NCBI RefSeq assembly: GCF_009914755.1 | Contig: NC_060929.1 | Reading direction: 5' to 3' (one strand) | DNA: 64,000 nt | Source of the DNA: the human T2T-CHM13v2.0 reference genome, Homo sapiens | In this document: positions 19,915-35,047 of the stretch, piece after piece | Position numbering within the stretch: position 1 is the stretch's first letter | How the letters are laid out: every line of letters begins with the position of its first letter | The notes under the pieces: model-generated | Database searches by the model: none | Seen by the model: only the letters and a program-made list of their open reading frames with translations | Told to the model about the DNA's origin: nothing | Position numbers and translations under genes: made by a program

Positions 19915-22900
19915 CTTAGACTATTCATTTTCTCTTTCTTAAGGAACTGGCTTATTTCACATTAAGATATTTTGCAGGAATTCCAGGCTATCCTTAATTT
20001 TCTCCGGTTATTTCCCTTGCTGTGACTACATTATGAGGATACTTATTGAAAGACACAGAAAGGATGCCTGGGGTGGGAGTCGTAGTTCTAAACCCAGCTA
20101 ACTGGGTAACTAAGAGCAAGCTGTTGCATTGTTCTACATCTCAGCTTCTTTATTAGCAACATGCCAGCTCTGTTCTAAGTTCTTACAGCAGATATTTCTA
20201 ATATGCCAAAAAGTCCCCAGTGATTCCAAAGAAGGGCAGAAGCCTCCAAATCAATTTTAATTGAATTAAAAATTTAAATTAACTATTTATATTATATCCC
20301 ACATTCTACTCCATCCGCCCACCAAAAACAGACAAACAAACAAAAGAACTCTTAATAGAAAAATCTGCATGAAAATACACAAAAATATTAATAGAGGTGG
20401 TCTTTGGAATCAGGGATGATTTTTTTTCTTTTTACTCTTTTGTAGTTACCATAGTACTTTTGCAATGGAAAAAAATACACTTTATTTAAAAAAGAAAAAA
20501 AACCTAAGAACAAAATAAAGGTATACTCCATACAACTTTTAGGGCAAATAGAGTTTTGTCAAGAAAGTAACAATTCATTTGTTCCATAATTTGTTAAGTT
20601 CCATTATGTGATAGGCATTATTCCTCCAAAAAAGACAATAATCTTTATTTTATAAAGTTTAAAAACAGTGGGAGTCCTGAATAAAAAGTTTTGTTAGATT
20701 TTAAGTCACTTTAAGAATGGATTAGATTTAATGATAACATACAAAGAAGAGATACATAGCCACCTGCTCTGACACTTTAACGTGTACCTTGTCCATAGAC
20801 ATCATGTAACTGCTGGGTTTCATTCCAGTTCAGGGGAGTGTATTCATGTAAGAATTAACTTAACATTATTAACATGGTAAGCCATGGGTCTTGATCACAT
20901 GGTAGACAATTTTCTAGTAATACAGGGTGGCAATTCTCAGTTTAGAATTCTTCTCCTTTCCTTTTTCCTATTATATTGGTCCCCCTGGTTCTCTTACTCT
21001 CCTGGACCCTGGAGTCTCTGCCACTCATTGCTGTTTTCTTGATCAACTCATGCTCTCAGTCTCATCAGCAGCCAACTCCAATGTGCCCATTTTCTCAGAT
21101 TTATCCAAAGCAGAACAACATGCCTAATGAGAGAAGGGGTAAGAGGAAAGCAGCCAGGCTCCTCTGTAGCCCTAATTTATAGACTCATTAATAGTCTTGG
21201 GTGTCACCTAGACTTCCAAAAACAATAGGGTGGTAATTAGCTTGGCTTGGCCAGCCAGCCAGCCAGCCCACGATAAAAGGCAAGGAATGGCAATAAATGG
21301 AAAGGCAAAAAAAAAAAAAAAAAAAAACCACCAAATAGGTTTACAAGCAACATACCTTTAAACATTGTATTATCATTTAAAATGAGAAGGTTTAGACTTT
21401 TAATTACATAATTAATAGCCTAAGAAGCTACTTGTCCGGACAGAAGGCATACCAACTTCAAGCACCAGAGGATGGTGCCTAGGAGCAAGTTGAGCACAGG
21501 AAGATGCAAATTATAAATTCTTTTACAGACAGCAACAACATCTGAAATCCTCTGAGCTTCCTCATGAATCTGCTTCCAGAGAGTAGTGAGTGTTCTGTTA
21601 TCCCTGAAGGAACAACCATGACCAGCAGCCCAAAAGCCTCCTAGGACAATTTCACCTTCTGTGAAAAGGAAGGCTCTTTATTTCTGGACTGGGTGCTTAT
21701 TACAGAAACACCCTGGTTACATTTTCAGTATATGCCAAACACAAATGTCACTTTGGTATAGCATCATTTTTATATTTCAGTCTGGGTTTTCAGATTTTTT
21801 CTTAATGGTCTTCTTGCAATGTGATGATGTGGAACTGAAGAAGCCTTGGGTGTTCAAAACCAGAAGTGAGAAAGTTGGGGTCTTCTCGCCACCACTGTCT
21901 GGTTTATCTCCAAATCTGTTTCCTCATCAGCAAAAACTGGTGATACCATTGTTATTGAGAATAGCAGTCATGATGACATTGTCCCCATGGTTACATTTGA
22001 GCAGATGCTGCCACTGTATTATTTTGGGTGGGGGTAGGAGAAGTGATCTGAGACCTTAATGCCAAGCCAAAGGAAAAGGAGAGAAAACAAGACAGGAAGG
22101 AGCCAAGGTGGGTGCATAAGAAGGCAGCCCCTAAGAGGAGAGGCCAGCAGTCCAAACCACAGTGTGGCCTAACCTCAACACAGTCCAGTGTATATGGTGG
22201 TCTGAGTTGCTGAGTGCACAGAACATCTGGGGACCCCCAAACAGATGAGGTTCAGCATGCTAATTCTAGGAGGTCTTGGGTCTAAGCAGGATCCTAACCT
22301 AAAAAAAAAAAGTCTCTAGGAAGAATTAAGGAGCACGGGTAGACTCCAGGTAAGCAGGAGTCTCAGGTATGCTTTAAACCTAGTTCTAAGAGGATAATAA
22401 ATAATAAGGAAAGAGGAGAAAGACCACTGCTCATGCAGCCATGCTCAGGGCCACAGCTACATCAGGTGCATGGAGAGCCAAGTCTAAGGCAGGAAGAAGA
22501 AACAGAGTTGCTACTATCTCCAAGCCTTGACCAAGATCGGTTCAGGCACCCGATCTATTGGTGGAAATCTCCTCAATATTTTAGTAGAGCTGGAGACACT
22601 GAGAGAAATCAGGGACTGGCTTGAGATGTGTTGATTGGGGAAGGATCTCAGCATGCTGGCGTTCAGTAACTGAAAGGCCCAGGGGGAAAGAAAATGTATT
22701 GAAATAACCATGAGAGTTATTAAACCTTGGCATTCTATCCTAGCCCAAGGACCAGTGGAAAACTGCTTTTAAACACTTTTGTGTTTTCTGAAAGTGAGCA
22801 CTTGTGTGAAAAACAATACTCAATCCCTCGGTATGTCTTTGCTGTCAATAGGTAGAGAACATAACTTCTCGGGGGCCAGGCCTGGATATTGTGTCTCTAG

Positions 22901-23189
22901 ATATAAAGGATATTAGGGGCCCGGTTCTATGTGAAGGTGCCCTCCAAAACCAGAAGAGCATACTGAAGACCAGAAATTGTAGCAAGTGGTCATCTTGACA
23001 CTTTCCAGTGAAGCCAGTGGTTGCATCTGCTTCTGGCCAGAACTTTCCTAACCAGCTCCTGGATAAATGCTTAATTAACATTACTCCAAGTCCATCTGAG
23101 TCTGTGGCTAAATGGTTCCTGGTGTTTTGTTTTACACTGTGAGGGGAATTCAGTGCCTTGGAAACTAGTTGGCTAACCCAGACCATAGG

Positions 23190-24500
23190 TCAGTGGTTTT
23201 CAACTCACTCTGCACATAGAATCATCTGGAAACTCTTTATAAAAATACCAGTGCCTCAGCAAAAGAAACTACCATCAAAGAGAAGAGGCAACCTACAGAA
23301 TGGGAGAAAATTTTTGCAATCTATCCATCTGACAAAGGGCTAATATCCAGAATCTACACATAACTCAAACAAATTTACAAGAAAAAAACAACCCCATCAA
23401 AAAGTGGGCAAAGGATATGAACAGACACTTCTCAAAAGAAGACATCTATGCAGCCAACAGACACGTGAAAAAATGCTCATCATCACTGGTCATCAGAGAA
23501 ATGCAAATCAAAACCACAATGATTTTGTGATTCCATCTCACGCCAGTTAGAATGGCAATCATTAAAAAGTCAGGAAACAACGGATGTTGGAGAGGATGTG
23601 GAGAAATAGGAAGGCTTTTACACGGTTGGTGGGAGTATAAACTAGTTCAACCATTGTGGAAGACAATGTGGTGATTCCTCAAGGACCTAGAACTAGAATT
23701 ACCATTTGACCCAGCAATCCCATTACTGGGTATATACCCAAAGGATTACAAATCATGCTACTATAAAGACACATGCATGCATATGTTTATTGTGGCATTA
23801 TTCACAATAGCAAAGACTTGAAACCAACCCAAATGTCCATCAATGATAGACTGGATTAAGGAAATGTGGCACATATACACCATGGAATACTATGCTGCCA
23901 TAAAAAAGGATGAGTTCATGTTCTTTGCAGGGACATGGATGAAACTGGAAACCATCATTCTCAGCAAACTATCACAAGGACAGAAAACCAAACACCGCAT
24001 GTTCTCACTCATAAGTGGGAATTGAACAATGAGATCACTTTGACACAGTGGGTGGAACATCACACACCAGGGCCTGTTGGGCGGTGGGGGGCTGGGGGAG
24101 GGATAGCATTAGGAGAAATACCTAATGTAAATGATGAGTTGATGGGGGCAGCAAACCAACATGGCACATGTATACCTATGTATCAAACCTGCACGTTGTG
24201 CACATGTACCCTAGAACTTAAAGTATAAAAAAAAAAAAAAAACACCAGTGCCAGGGCTCCACCCTTACAGATTCTGGCTTAACTTGTCTGGAGTAGGGAG
24301 TATGTCAGGGAATGTTTTTAATGCTCTGCAGGTGATTCTTCCATCCAGCTAGGTTGAAAGCAGTGCCTCTCAAACTCTAACATGCATATGAATCCCTCCG
24401 AATCTTGCATAACATGCAGATCCTGATCTAGTAGGTCTGGGTGGAGATTTTGTGTTTTAAACTAGCTCCAGATGATACCCAAGCTGTTTGTCTGCAGGCC
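23190..24500. mobile_element. hAT-Charlie MER5-type DNA transposon split by an L1, followed by a second MER5-like copy (about 24361-24500)
   Basis: CAGTGGTTTTCAAC terminus at 23190. The element continues after the L1 with CAGATTCTG...CAGGTGATTC...GTTGAAAGCAGTG. Confidence 0.7.
23256..24237 (+). mobile_element. 5'-truncated L1PA (L1PA6/7-like)
   Basis: ORF2 C-terminus [19 protein letters not shown], 3' UTR and poly-A. TSD AAAAA(T/C)ACCAGTGCC at 23241-23255 and 24238-24252. Confidence 0.95.
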
Positions 24501-26167
24501 GTATGTCGTATGTCGAGGTATTAGAGAATGGGAAAAGTGTCAGAGCTCTCAGCAGGTGAGCCCTCCCTCACCAGGGCAGACCCCACCCACCGCAGAGCTG
24601 TGGCTCTGCCTTAGCCTTCTGTCAAGTTGAGCAGACACTTCCAGAGCTCAAAGATGGCCTTCCGAGTTAGCTATGGAAATAAGCAACAGTCCAAATAGTC
24701 CAGTAAGGCCTCAAATAAATCAGGGTGACACCAATGGGAATACAAGAGTGAGTGAATAAGAGTCAAGCAATGAAGTTTTTTTTTTTTTTAAATCAGCCTT
24801 TGTTTTGCTTTGGCTCTGTGTGTTTGTGGGGAAACTCCAGTGAGTAGAGGCTTAGCCCTGTCTTCTAGAGTAAACAAGGGCAGTGGGTGAGGAAGAGGGA
24901 GGCTGGGGAAGGAGGGCTCCGTACATGCAGAGTGGTGCAGAACACACCCCACGCTCTAAATAAAAACCTTTTCAGACCTAAGCCTTGGCCACTTCGCGAT
25001 TGGACTATGAGGGCCTCCTGCAGTGACTGCCACTCTTGTTTTGTCTTCTTCAGATACTGCTTTCCTCATCTCCCTGCCCTGATCAGAGATATCCTGCAAA
25101 ATGAACTCTACACTCTGTGTGGCCATCAGATCTGTGGATCTGCGTGATCCCTCAGCCTTACCTCCCAGGACCTTCTTTTTTCTCCTCCGAAGCACAGGGG
25201 TCAGCTCCTCACCAGGGCTTTCAGCCCAGCTTCCCCCTGCCTGGAATAGTCTCTCTTTCACATATCCAATTACTGAAATTCTCCCACCCTTCCAGGCCCA
25301 GCTCCAGTCCGGTCTTGTCCTTCAAGCCATTCCTGGTCCACCTGCCGCCACTCTTCCTGGGCACTTCTAGAGCATTTCCTCGTTGTCTATGGCTTTAACA
25401 TGCCATGTTTCTCCCAACTTAGCACCTTTTCATGAGAATATGGTGTCTCTCCCTAATCCCATCATAAACTTCTGGTGGTAGAACTGTACCTTATACTTCC
25501 TTGTATCTCCTCTACCTAGTGTAGTTCTTTGCAAATAATAGATGCTCAGTAAGATTTGTCACATATTTATCAAAGAGCTCACCACAACTAATGAACCTGA
25601 GATTCCCATAGGAAAGAGAGGTCCTTAGGAGTTTGCACTTACAGACATGACTTCCCACCAAAAAGTCCCCACCCCCTCAATGCCTTAGGTCCCTCTCTAC
25701 TCTGGGTGGGTTTTGCCCTTATGTGGCACCCGGAAGTCCCTGCTCTGGATTCCCTCAAAGCCCTGTGTTTTTGCCTCCAACAGCCCTCATGCCTAGACCA
25801 TCCCTTGTGCTGAACGTGCACCTAATTCAACACCCTAGTCTTCAGACCCGTGCAATTTTCACTCCCTGTAAGGAAGTCAAAGGTCCTTCCAGAATCAGTC
25901 TGGTCTTCAGTCTGTTCCTCTGAAGAGAAAAACAATAGGGTGTGGTCAGGAGAAAAATAGAGTCCCAGCCAAACAAATGTCTCCTGGAAAAACCACTCAT
26001 GCAGCTAGAACAAACAGGTATGGTCACTCCACTAGCTCTGGGCAGAACTCTGCACTGATTCAAGGCTGTTGATAGAGACATTGGAATGCTATCCAATGCC
26101 GTCTATCCAGGGACCACCATCAAACATCTCTATAGGGGAAAAACTTGTCCAAAAATAAATAAAAACG

Positions 26168-26253
26168 ATGGAAACTTTGAATGTGATCATTAGAGTGCAC
26201 CCATGGGAACTTTGAATGTGATCATTAGAGTGCACCCATGGGAATACTTTGAA
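26168..26253. repeat. 35-bp tandem repeat, two copies plus a partial third
   Basis: ATGG(A/G)AACTTTGAATGTGATCATTAGAGTGCACCC at 26168-26202 and 26203-26237, 34/35 identical. Confidence 0.93.
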
Positions 26254-29200
26254 AGCAGAACCTTCCTGAAGGGACCTCAGGAATGTCTTAGTGTACTGGC
26301 AGCTCCTGACAAACGGCAAAAGAGAAATGAGATGCCTTTGCCACACATTTCTGTTTCTCCCCCTGGGCTCCATGCACAAAGGCCCTGCTCCTTTCTGCCC
26401 CAGGACACGGCCAAAAATGCTGCCCTTGCTCACACATGACTTGTCTTAGCCAGGTTCTGTATTGGCTTTAGTCACTGAAGGCTGCTCTGATTCCTCCCCC
26501 ACTCCCTCAAGGTCCTCATTTATTTATTAAGCTAGATTTCTCCCAGGTCCCATTCCTCTGGCATTACATGGAGGGAAGAGTGTTAAATTCAGTCAAGGTT
26601 GAGGAGGGAGGAAAAGACTTTGCAATTAAATTGCTAATTAAGGAAGTACCAACCTGAAGAAGCTAATTTGCACTGACCTATTTAAAATATCTAGCAGCAG
26701 ATCATGCATGAATTGAGGTACAGCCCTTTTATGCGTCAGCCAACTGGCTTTCTTTCAGAGCAGCAGCTATCAATAATTCCATGCTGAGGACCATCTGATA
26801 GGAAATCAACCACTGGCCCCTGGAATGCCAGCATTCCCCACTGCTCTGTTTTCCCAGTTGTCAGCTCTGTTTATAAATTGTCCATTTATAGCAAATCCAG
26901 CACCTGCTATGAACACCTCATCCTGCCAAGTGTTGGAGTGCATCTCAGAAAGAGCCACTATAGACTTTTTCAGTTCCTTTTAACCTTTTCCCAACCCGGG
27001 AGTTTGAATATTTGCATAGGAATTCTGAAGGAGGACTTTTTCAGTGCAGAAAAGGCTAGATCGTCTATTAAAAGTTAGCATTTTGCTCCACTTTAAAAAG
27101 AAAGAGCAAATTATCATTCTCTTGGGAGATACAATGCTCTCTTTCTGAACAAGTCTGACATTGGGACACATTTAAAACAACCTCTGAAAAATTCAGCAGG
27201 GTCAAAATGCTCTGGAGAAGACTTAGGGGGGCTTTCTTTTGCACTCGATTATGCAGCTTTTTAGCTCACTGTCAACACTGAACAGATAATGCAGCCTGCT
27301 GCTTAAAACCGTTATGTAAAATATATTAAAAGATACCTTCCAGTGTTGGAAACCCAATATATGACCTAGTTTGAGTTTCTTCTTGCCAATCATCCATTTG
27401 CAAAGTGCCTAGATTAATCCTCAAAGTTCCTCTCCCAATATGCTTCTGTTCATTTTGTTCGTTGCAAAATAAAAATAAAATAAAATATGGCACACATGGA
27501 ATATTCATGGAGTATGGGCTCATGGTTTGTAGAGGATTGTGAAGGTCAAACCAGATGCTATGGCAGACAGAAATTGGCTGAGTGGTCTTGGGAAGATGGG
27601 ACAAGCCTTGATGCTTCAGTTTATACATTCCCACAGTAATCCTTCTCAAGAATAAGATTGTCACCCTTTTAAAGCCACAGAGGGAGACCCTGATTAAGAC
27701 CACGTGGCAAAGGCAGCTGAGCTGGGTGGGCAGCATTCCTGATCCCTGGTTCTGCAGTCAGCCAAGTAGGCGGCCCCATATTTTTTATGAGAGGACTCAA
27801 GGGTTTAGTATTTCTTTAAAAAAAAAAAAATTAAGGTACCTGGATGAAAAAGAATCTGTGAAAGGTTATTGTTACTAATGGTCCAGTAAAGTCAGGCCAT
27901 GAGATCAGAAAAAACAGAAGTGATTTAAAACATAGAATTAGAGGGCACGAAATGAAACACCCTACAAACGCTTCGCTTTGGGCAGTGTGTTTTCCTCTGC
28001 TAGGGCCTGGGTCCTTAGCATTCCAGTCTGGGGTGGCTTGTAGCTTTGTGGTGCAGTTTGTATAGATTAAGCTAATTTTGGAGGACACAGGCATCAATTA
28101 TTTCTTTCCAAAATAGAATTGTGCTTAATCAATTACATGTCACTCCAATGCAAATCTTCCTTGCTTACTTTTTGGTCATTCGATGGCCATCTGTTTTACC
28201 AACCTGGATTCTTTCACTCATCACACAAGTCAGGCCCCATTACTTGAGATGATCTCTGAGATGCCCCTGCTGGAGAAAGGAATGTGCAAATTAAGAGACT
28301 ACAAATCAGTTTGAAAACTCAACGACTCCTTCCCATAAATCTGTGTCCTTAATATTAAAAATCATTTGGAGGTGCTGAAAAGAAAGAGAACTGATAGCTA
28401 CAGAAAACAACAGCCCTACTCACTTCAGGGCACAGATTAGTAGTCAAGAGGGGTTATGCAGATCTAAATCCATATTCTGCTACCAAAAATAGAAAAGAGG
28501 AAATCTTTGAAGCCAAAGAAGGCCTAAGAATAACTGTCAGCAAAGAGCTAGAGCCACATGGACAGGAAGCAACGCTCAAGTGGCAGTTCTGTGCTGCCTT
28601 TTTCTTCCTCCCCAGTAGCTTTTCACATTCATTCTGTTTAAAAGATAGCTTTCAAAGGCTTCCTTCAACTTGAACACGTACGCCTGCACAGCCGGCCTTT
28701 CCACAGCAGCCTGGGGGCCGGCATTGAGCATCGCTTCCACACAGTCCTTGGGTTTAGTGTTATTTCCCCCCACGGATCATTTCAATCTGTTTAAAGCTGA
28801 ACAGTGAACTCTTCATAGACCACATTGCACAGAGAACCCTCAATAGGAAATGATCAGCTGAGCAAACATTCATTTCTTGTTTTGCTTTTAATAATTTTGT
28901 TTCAACCCAACCTAGTCTTCATCCTTTTTTCAATACTCAGGAAACTGCAACAAACCAATAAAGTTTATTTTATCTCATGTGCCTTAAATGACACTATAAA
29001 AACATGCATTTGGATATGTCCTATAAAAGATATTCAAGTTAGGAGAGGTTCTTTGGAAACACAAGGGTGAGAGACCTTTGGAATGGCCCATGGGGTGGCT
29101 AGAGAGGGGCAGAGGACAAGAAGGGTTACAGGAAGGGGACCAGTTGATGGGTGGTGATGAGGCGATTTGAAGTCCAAATAATGGAAAAGTGGAGGTGAAG

Positions 29201-30879
29201 GATAAAGGAATAAGAAAGACATTGAGGAAGACAGGGCAGGGCCTCTTCCAGCCCATACAGCACCTTCGTACAAGTTAGAAAAAGGCACCACTTCCTCTGA
29301 GCACACACAAACCCATGCAAGAGTGCATGGCTAGATTTCAGCCTGTGCTCTTCCCTTCAGCCAGGTAATCTTCCAGAAGGCACAGCTTGCATGATACCAT
29401 ACATGGGGGCCCAGGAAAAAATGTGGGTAAGAGATTGAAAGGCCAAAATGGGGAACTTTAGAAGTACTGGAAGGAAAAAAAAAAGTCATGGATGCTTCTG
29501 GTAGCATACAGGAAATCCTGTTTGAATCATAGAGCTTTGCTGGTGGGTGAGGGGCGGGGAAGAATGGTTGGCAAAATTGGTTTCTCCAAAGTAGCTATCC
29601 CGCTGAGCAGTTTATCTTTGTCATATTTCCTAGGATGAATGTAATGTTCATTTCAAAGGAACTTTGTGTTAATCATATCAATATCTAATGAATAACTTCC
29701 AGGATTAATACAATTTATGTTTATTTGTCAGGATGAAGATCTGTGCTTAGATACAAACTGCTCTGACTCATAAGCTGAGCGTAGCTCTTAACTAAGACAC
29801 AAGAACATCTGAGCTTCATATGATGAACAGTTGGGGATTCTTAACTGCTTTTATCTCAAAATTCTTGAATGTTTTACTGAAACAAACTTAAGCCAAAAGA
29901 AAAAAGATAATAAATAACCCCCATCATTGAGACAGGTTGTTCTTCCAAGGTCATAGCTTCCGTTGTACTATAAACCCTTACCAATCTATTCAGGTTAGGG
30001 CCATGATTTATATCACAGTTGGCAAAATTGATATGCAAACAATACATATATATTAAATTTGTGGCATGCAAATATTAAAACTATTTGGGGTCAAAACTTC
30101 CCCTGGCAAAACTAAAGGTGATGAAATATTAATTGCGTGTTAAGCACCTTTTATTGCATATTAAATTGGAAGTTCTCTGGTAATGGCTGAATAGAAAACC
30201 CCACTGAGTACTCTGTCTGAAGTTTATTGGGGTTTTTTGTTTGTTTAGTTTTGTTTTAACTAAATGTCCCTGCACCGGCTCTGCCAGTGGCTGTCATTAT
30301 TAACCACGCTCTTGCTCAGGGTGTGGGCCTTCATTCCATCACTGTTTACGTGACAATTTACAGATTTTACAGTTCCTCAACAACTGTGATATGGACCGTT
30401 TCATTAAATTCTCAGAACAGCCCTTTGAAGTAACTATGGTTTTGTCATCATCCTATGGTAGATGAGGAAATTGAGAATTTAGACAAGCTCAGAGACTCGT
30501 CTGAGACTATCCAAGCAGTGAGTGATAGAATGAGAACTTCATCCCAGGCCTTCTGGCTCAAATCAGTGATCTTGCTAATATAACAGCCCTCTGGTTTAAA
30601 CTGAGACGTCTACTCAGAGCCTTTTGCATCAAAGACAGGTTTGTCTACTTCTGGGATGACAAGTATTCAACCTGACTGGTGGGAGGGTGAGCAATGACCT
30701 ATTCTGACAACCTCAATGACTTAGATTTTGAATATCTAGTTTACCACTCTAAAGATTTTGTTCTATAAAACTATACTCTCTGTTGCAATTGACCCAGAGC
30801 ATAACAGTCATCTTAAAAATTTGATCAAGTCCATGGAATTATAAAAGCCAATACCAATATTATCAAAAATCATATTTTA

Positions 30880-31821
30880 TTTAAATTATAGATTCGGGGG
30901 TTCCATGTACAGGTTTGTTACATAGGTGTATTGCATAGTTCTGGGGTTGGGTTCTGGTGAACCCAAGTAGTAAACCTAGTACCAAATAGGTAGTTTTTCC
31001 AGCCCTTCTCCCCTTCCTCCCTCTCCCCTTTTGGAGTCCCCAGTGTCTATTGTTTACCTCTTTATGTCCATGTGCACCCATTGTTTAGCTCCCACTTATT
31101 AGTGAGAACACATAGTACTTGGTTTTCTATTTCTGCATTAATTCACTTAGGATAATGTCCTCCAGTTGTACCTATGTTGCTGCAAAGGACATGATTTCAT
31201 TCTTTTTATGGCTGCATAGTATTCCATGGTGTATATATACCACATTTTTTTCTCTTTTTTTTCTTTTTGAGAGCGAGTCTTGCTCTGTCACCCAGGCTGG
31301 AGTGCAGTGGCACGATCTCGGCTACTGCAACCTCAGCCTCCTGGGTTCAAGCAATTTTCCTGCCTCAGCCTCCTGAGTAGCTGGGATTATAGGTGCCCAC
31401 CACCATGCCTGGCTAATTTTTGTATTTTAGAAGAGACGGGGTTTTACCATGTTGGGCAGGCTGGTCTCAAACTCCTGACCTCAGTGATCTGTCTGCCTCA
31501 GCCTCCTGAAGTACTGGGATTACAGGCATGAGCCACCACGCTTGGTCTATGTACCACATTTTTTAAATCCAATCCACCACTGGTGAACACTTACATTGAT
31601 TCCAAGCCTTTGATATTTTGAATAGTGCTTTGATAAACATAACAGTGCAGGTGTCTTTTTGATGAAATGATTTCTTTTCCTTTGGCTAGGTACCTAGTAA
31701 TGGGATTGCTGAGTTGAATTACTATTCAGTTCTATTTTCAGTTCTTTCAGAAATCTCCATACTATTTTCCATAGGAGTGGAGCTAATTTACATTCTCATC
31801 AACAGTGTATAAGTGTTCCCT
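30880..31821 (-). mobile_element. 5'-truncated old L1PA/L1PB 3' end, interrupted by an Alu
   Basis: Reverse L1 3' UTR and ORF2 end. Degenerate TSD AAAAT(C/T)AT(A/G)TTTTA. Confidence 0.88.
31249..31547 (-). mobile_element. Alu (AluS/J) nested in L1
   Basis: Reverse Alu with TSD-like TAT(A/G)TACCACATTTTT on both sides. Confidence 0.93.
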
Positions 31822-32849
31822 AAAAATTATGTTTTAAATAGAACAGGTTTTTTTGTGGTTTTATTTTGGTTGTCTTTGGCTGATTTAGGAATGTTAGAAA
31901 GTGTGATGTTCATTTTAACGTGAAAACACTTAAGTTTAAAGCAGATCTTGCAGACTACTTACGGTCTAGGCCAGTTCTAAAGGTGCGTCTATAGTTGATC
32001 AGTTCTTATTTGTTTGAGCACCAGCATCTAGGTGAAAGGACAGCCTAGTGTGTTGGCTCCCCTTCTAGATCAATAACTTGGGTGTTAGAGGCTAAGAATA
32101 AGGTCCTTCTTCATGCAGTGCTCTGCCACATATGTTTTTGGAGAAATAAGACATTAACTGATTTCAGTTAATAACAGCCTCTGGGATATCTGCTTCTCTA
32201 ACAACCTATCTCTCTCAATCCTAATTCAGATTCCCAATTAAAAATGAAAAACTATTTTTAAAAATTAAAAATACCTTTCTATTTGTCATTGCAGGTGCCT
32301 GGAACCAATTTGGCTCCAGAATGTAATAGTTTCACTGACAAAACAATTTGAGAATGTTTTAAGGCTAAAGCTGGCAATGATCCATTAGAAGGCCTGTTTC
32401 CTAGAAATTCAGCCATGTGATCAAATGACGACACTAGACAGTCAAACTCATTCATCATCACAATATTTTTTTACAATAAAAACAGTAGCCCTTAGAATTT
32501 ATCTAGTGGAAATGAGACATATAGTGTAACCAAGTAACTAGTGATAGTTCCAATAATAAGCTCTTTGCTGCTTATACACCTCAGTCATGTTTAGGTTACA
32601 CTGTTAAACATTATCATTTTCCAATCTGCTCTATGACACCAGCAATTCCACTTCTAGTTTTCTACCCTAGAAAAATGTGTGTGTGAGAGAGAGACATGCA
32701 CAAAAATGTTTGTGGCCATGCTGTTTATTTTTTAAACCTTAGAAACAATTAACTTCTTAAGTAGACAACCTAACTGCCCCTCATTTTAGAAATGGATTTA
32801 AATACTGTGAATCAACGTGAAGCAGCGTATTAAAAAAAAACAACACCCC

Positions 32850-34150
<1,301 letters not shown>

Positions 34151-34930
34151 TTTTTTCAATCAGGGAAGGGAAAGATAATCAAATACGGTAAAATGTTAAA
34201 ATTAAAATGTCTTTAAATTCAGTAGTAGGTTTACTGATGGTTTATTAGTTCTATACTTTTCTATGTATTTGACACGTCTCCGCACACTCTTTATTAATTG
34301 TTAGAAGTTTTGAAGAAAAGTTTTTCTTAAAATCATCAGACCTTCTCTGTCAGGTAAGAACATGGGATAAGGTACCGAAGGCTGAAGGTTGTCTCTTTAA
34401 TGAAAAGATTCATTTCTTGAGGCCTAAAACAGCGCTTCTCACATCTTGTTAAAATGAAATTTCGTTGGTCTGGGGAGGGGCCTGAGGTTCTCTGACACCT
34501 AGGTGATGCAGATGCTACTGGCTCATAGATGCATTGTGAGTATCGAGGAGCTAAAGATCCACATATATCATTTTTCATCTGAAATTTCTTCTCAGTTATG
34601 TACCACTGGATGATAAAGGGCTGAAACCAGCCTTGATTACCCTTCAATGAAAAATCTATCATTTTATAACTTGTTTGATAAAGACTACAAGGCAAAATTA
34701 CAAACAATTAAACCCTAATCATTGTTAAAAATATTTCATAATGACTGCATCTCTTTTAAAAATCCTAATGGAAACTTTGGATTCAGCTGTCAGAATCCAT
34801 AATAAACGCAGTTTGGGACATACTAATTCCACTCCCCCAAATGAATTTTGAAATAGGAATTGCCATAGCACAAATTTCCACTGATGAAAAGTTAACTTTA
34901 CTTAATTAGTGATACGGTCCTTGAACAAGA

Positions 34931-35047
34931 TCTCCCCTCCCCTCCCTTCCCCTCCCCCCTTCTTCTTCTTCTCCTTCTTCTTCTTCATCTTCAACTTCTT
35001 CTTTTCTTCTTTTTCTTTCTCTCTCTCTCTCTCTCCTCACTCTCCTT
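34931..35047. repeat. Polypyrimidine low-complexity tract: (CCCT), (CTT)n, (CT)n
   Basis: Direct observation. Confidence 0.9.

Noticed and set aside
28260-28275. CTCF-like CCAGCAGGGGCA on the minus strand
   Set aside because: One base short of the core consensus spacing; cannot be supported without ChIP data.
28576-28773. 65-aa minus-strand ORF in a mildly CpG-enriched patch
   Set aside because: No recognisable homology; too short and CpG-poor to call a CpG island or exon.
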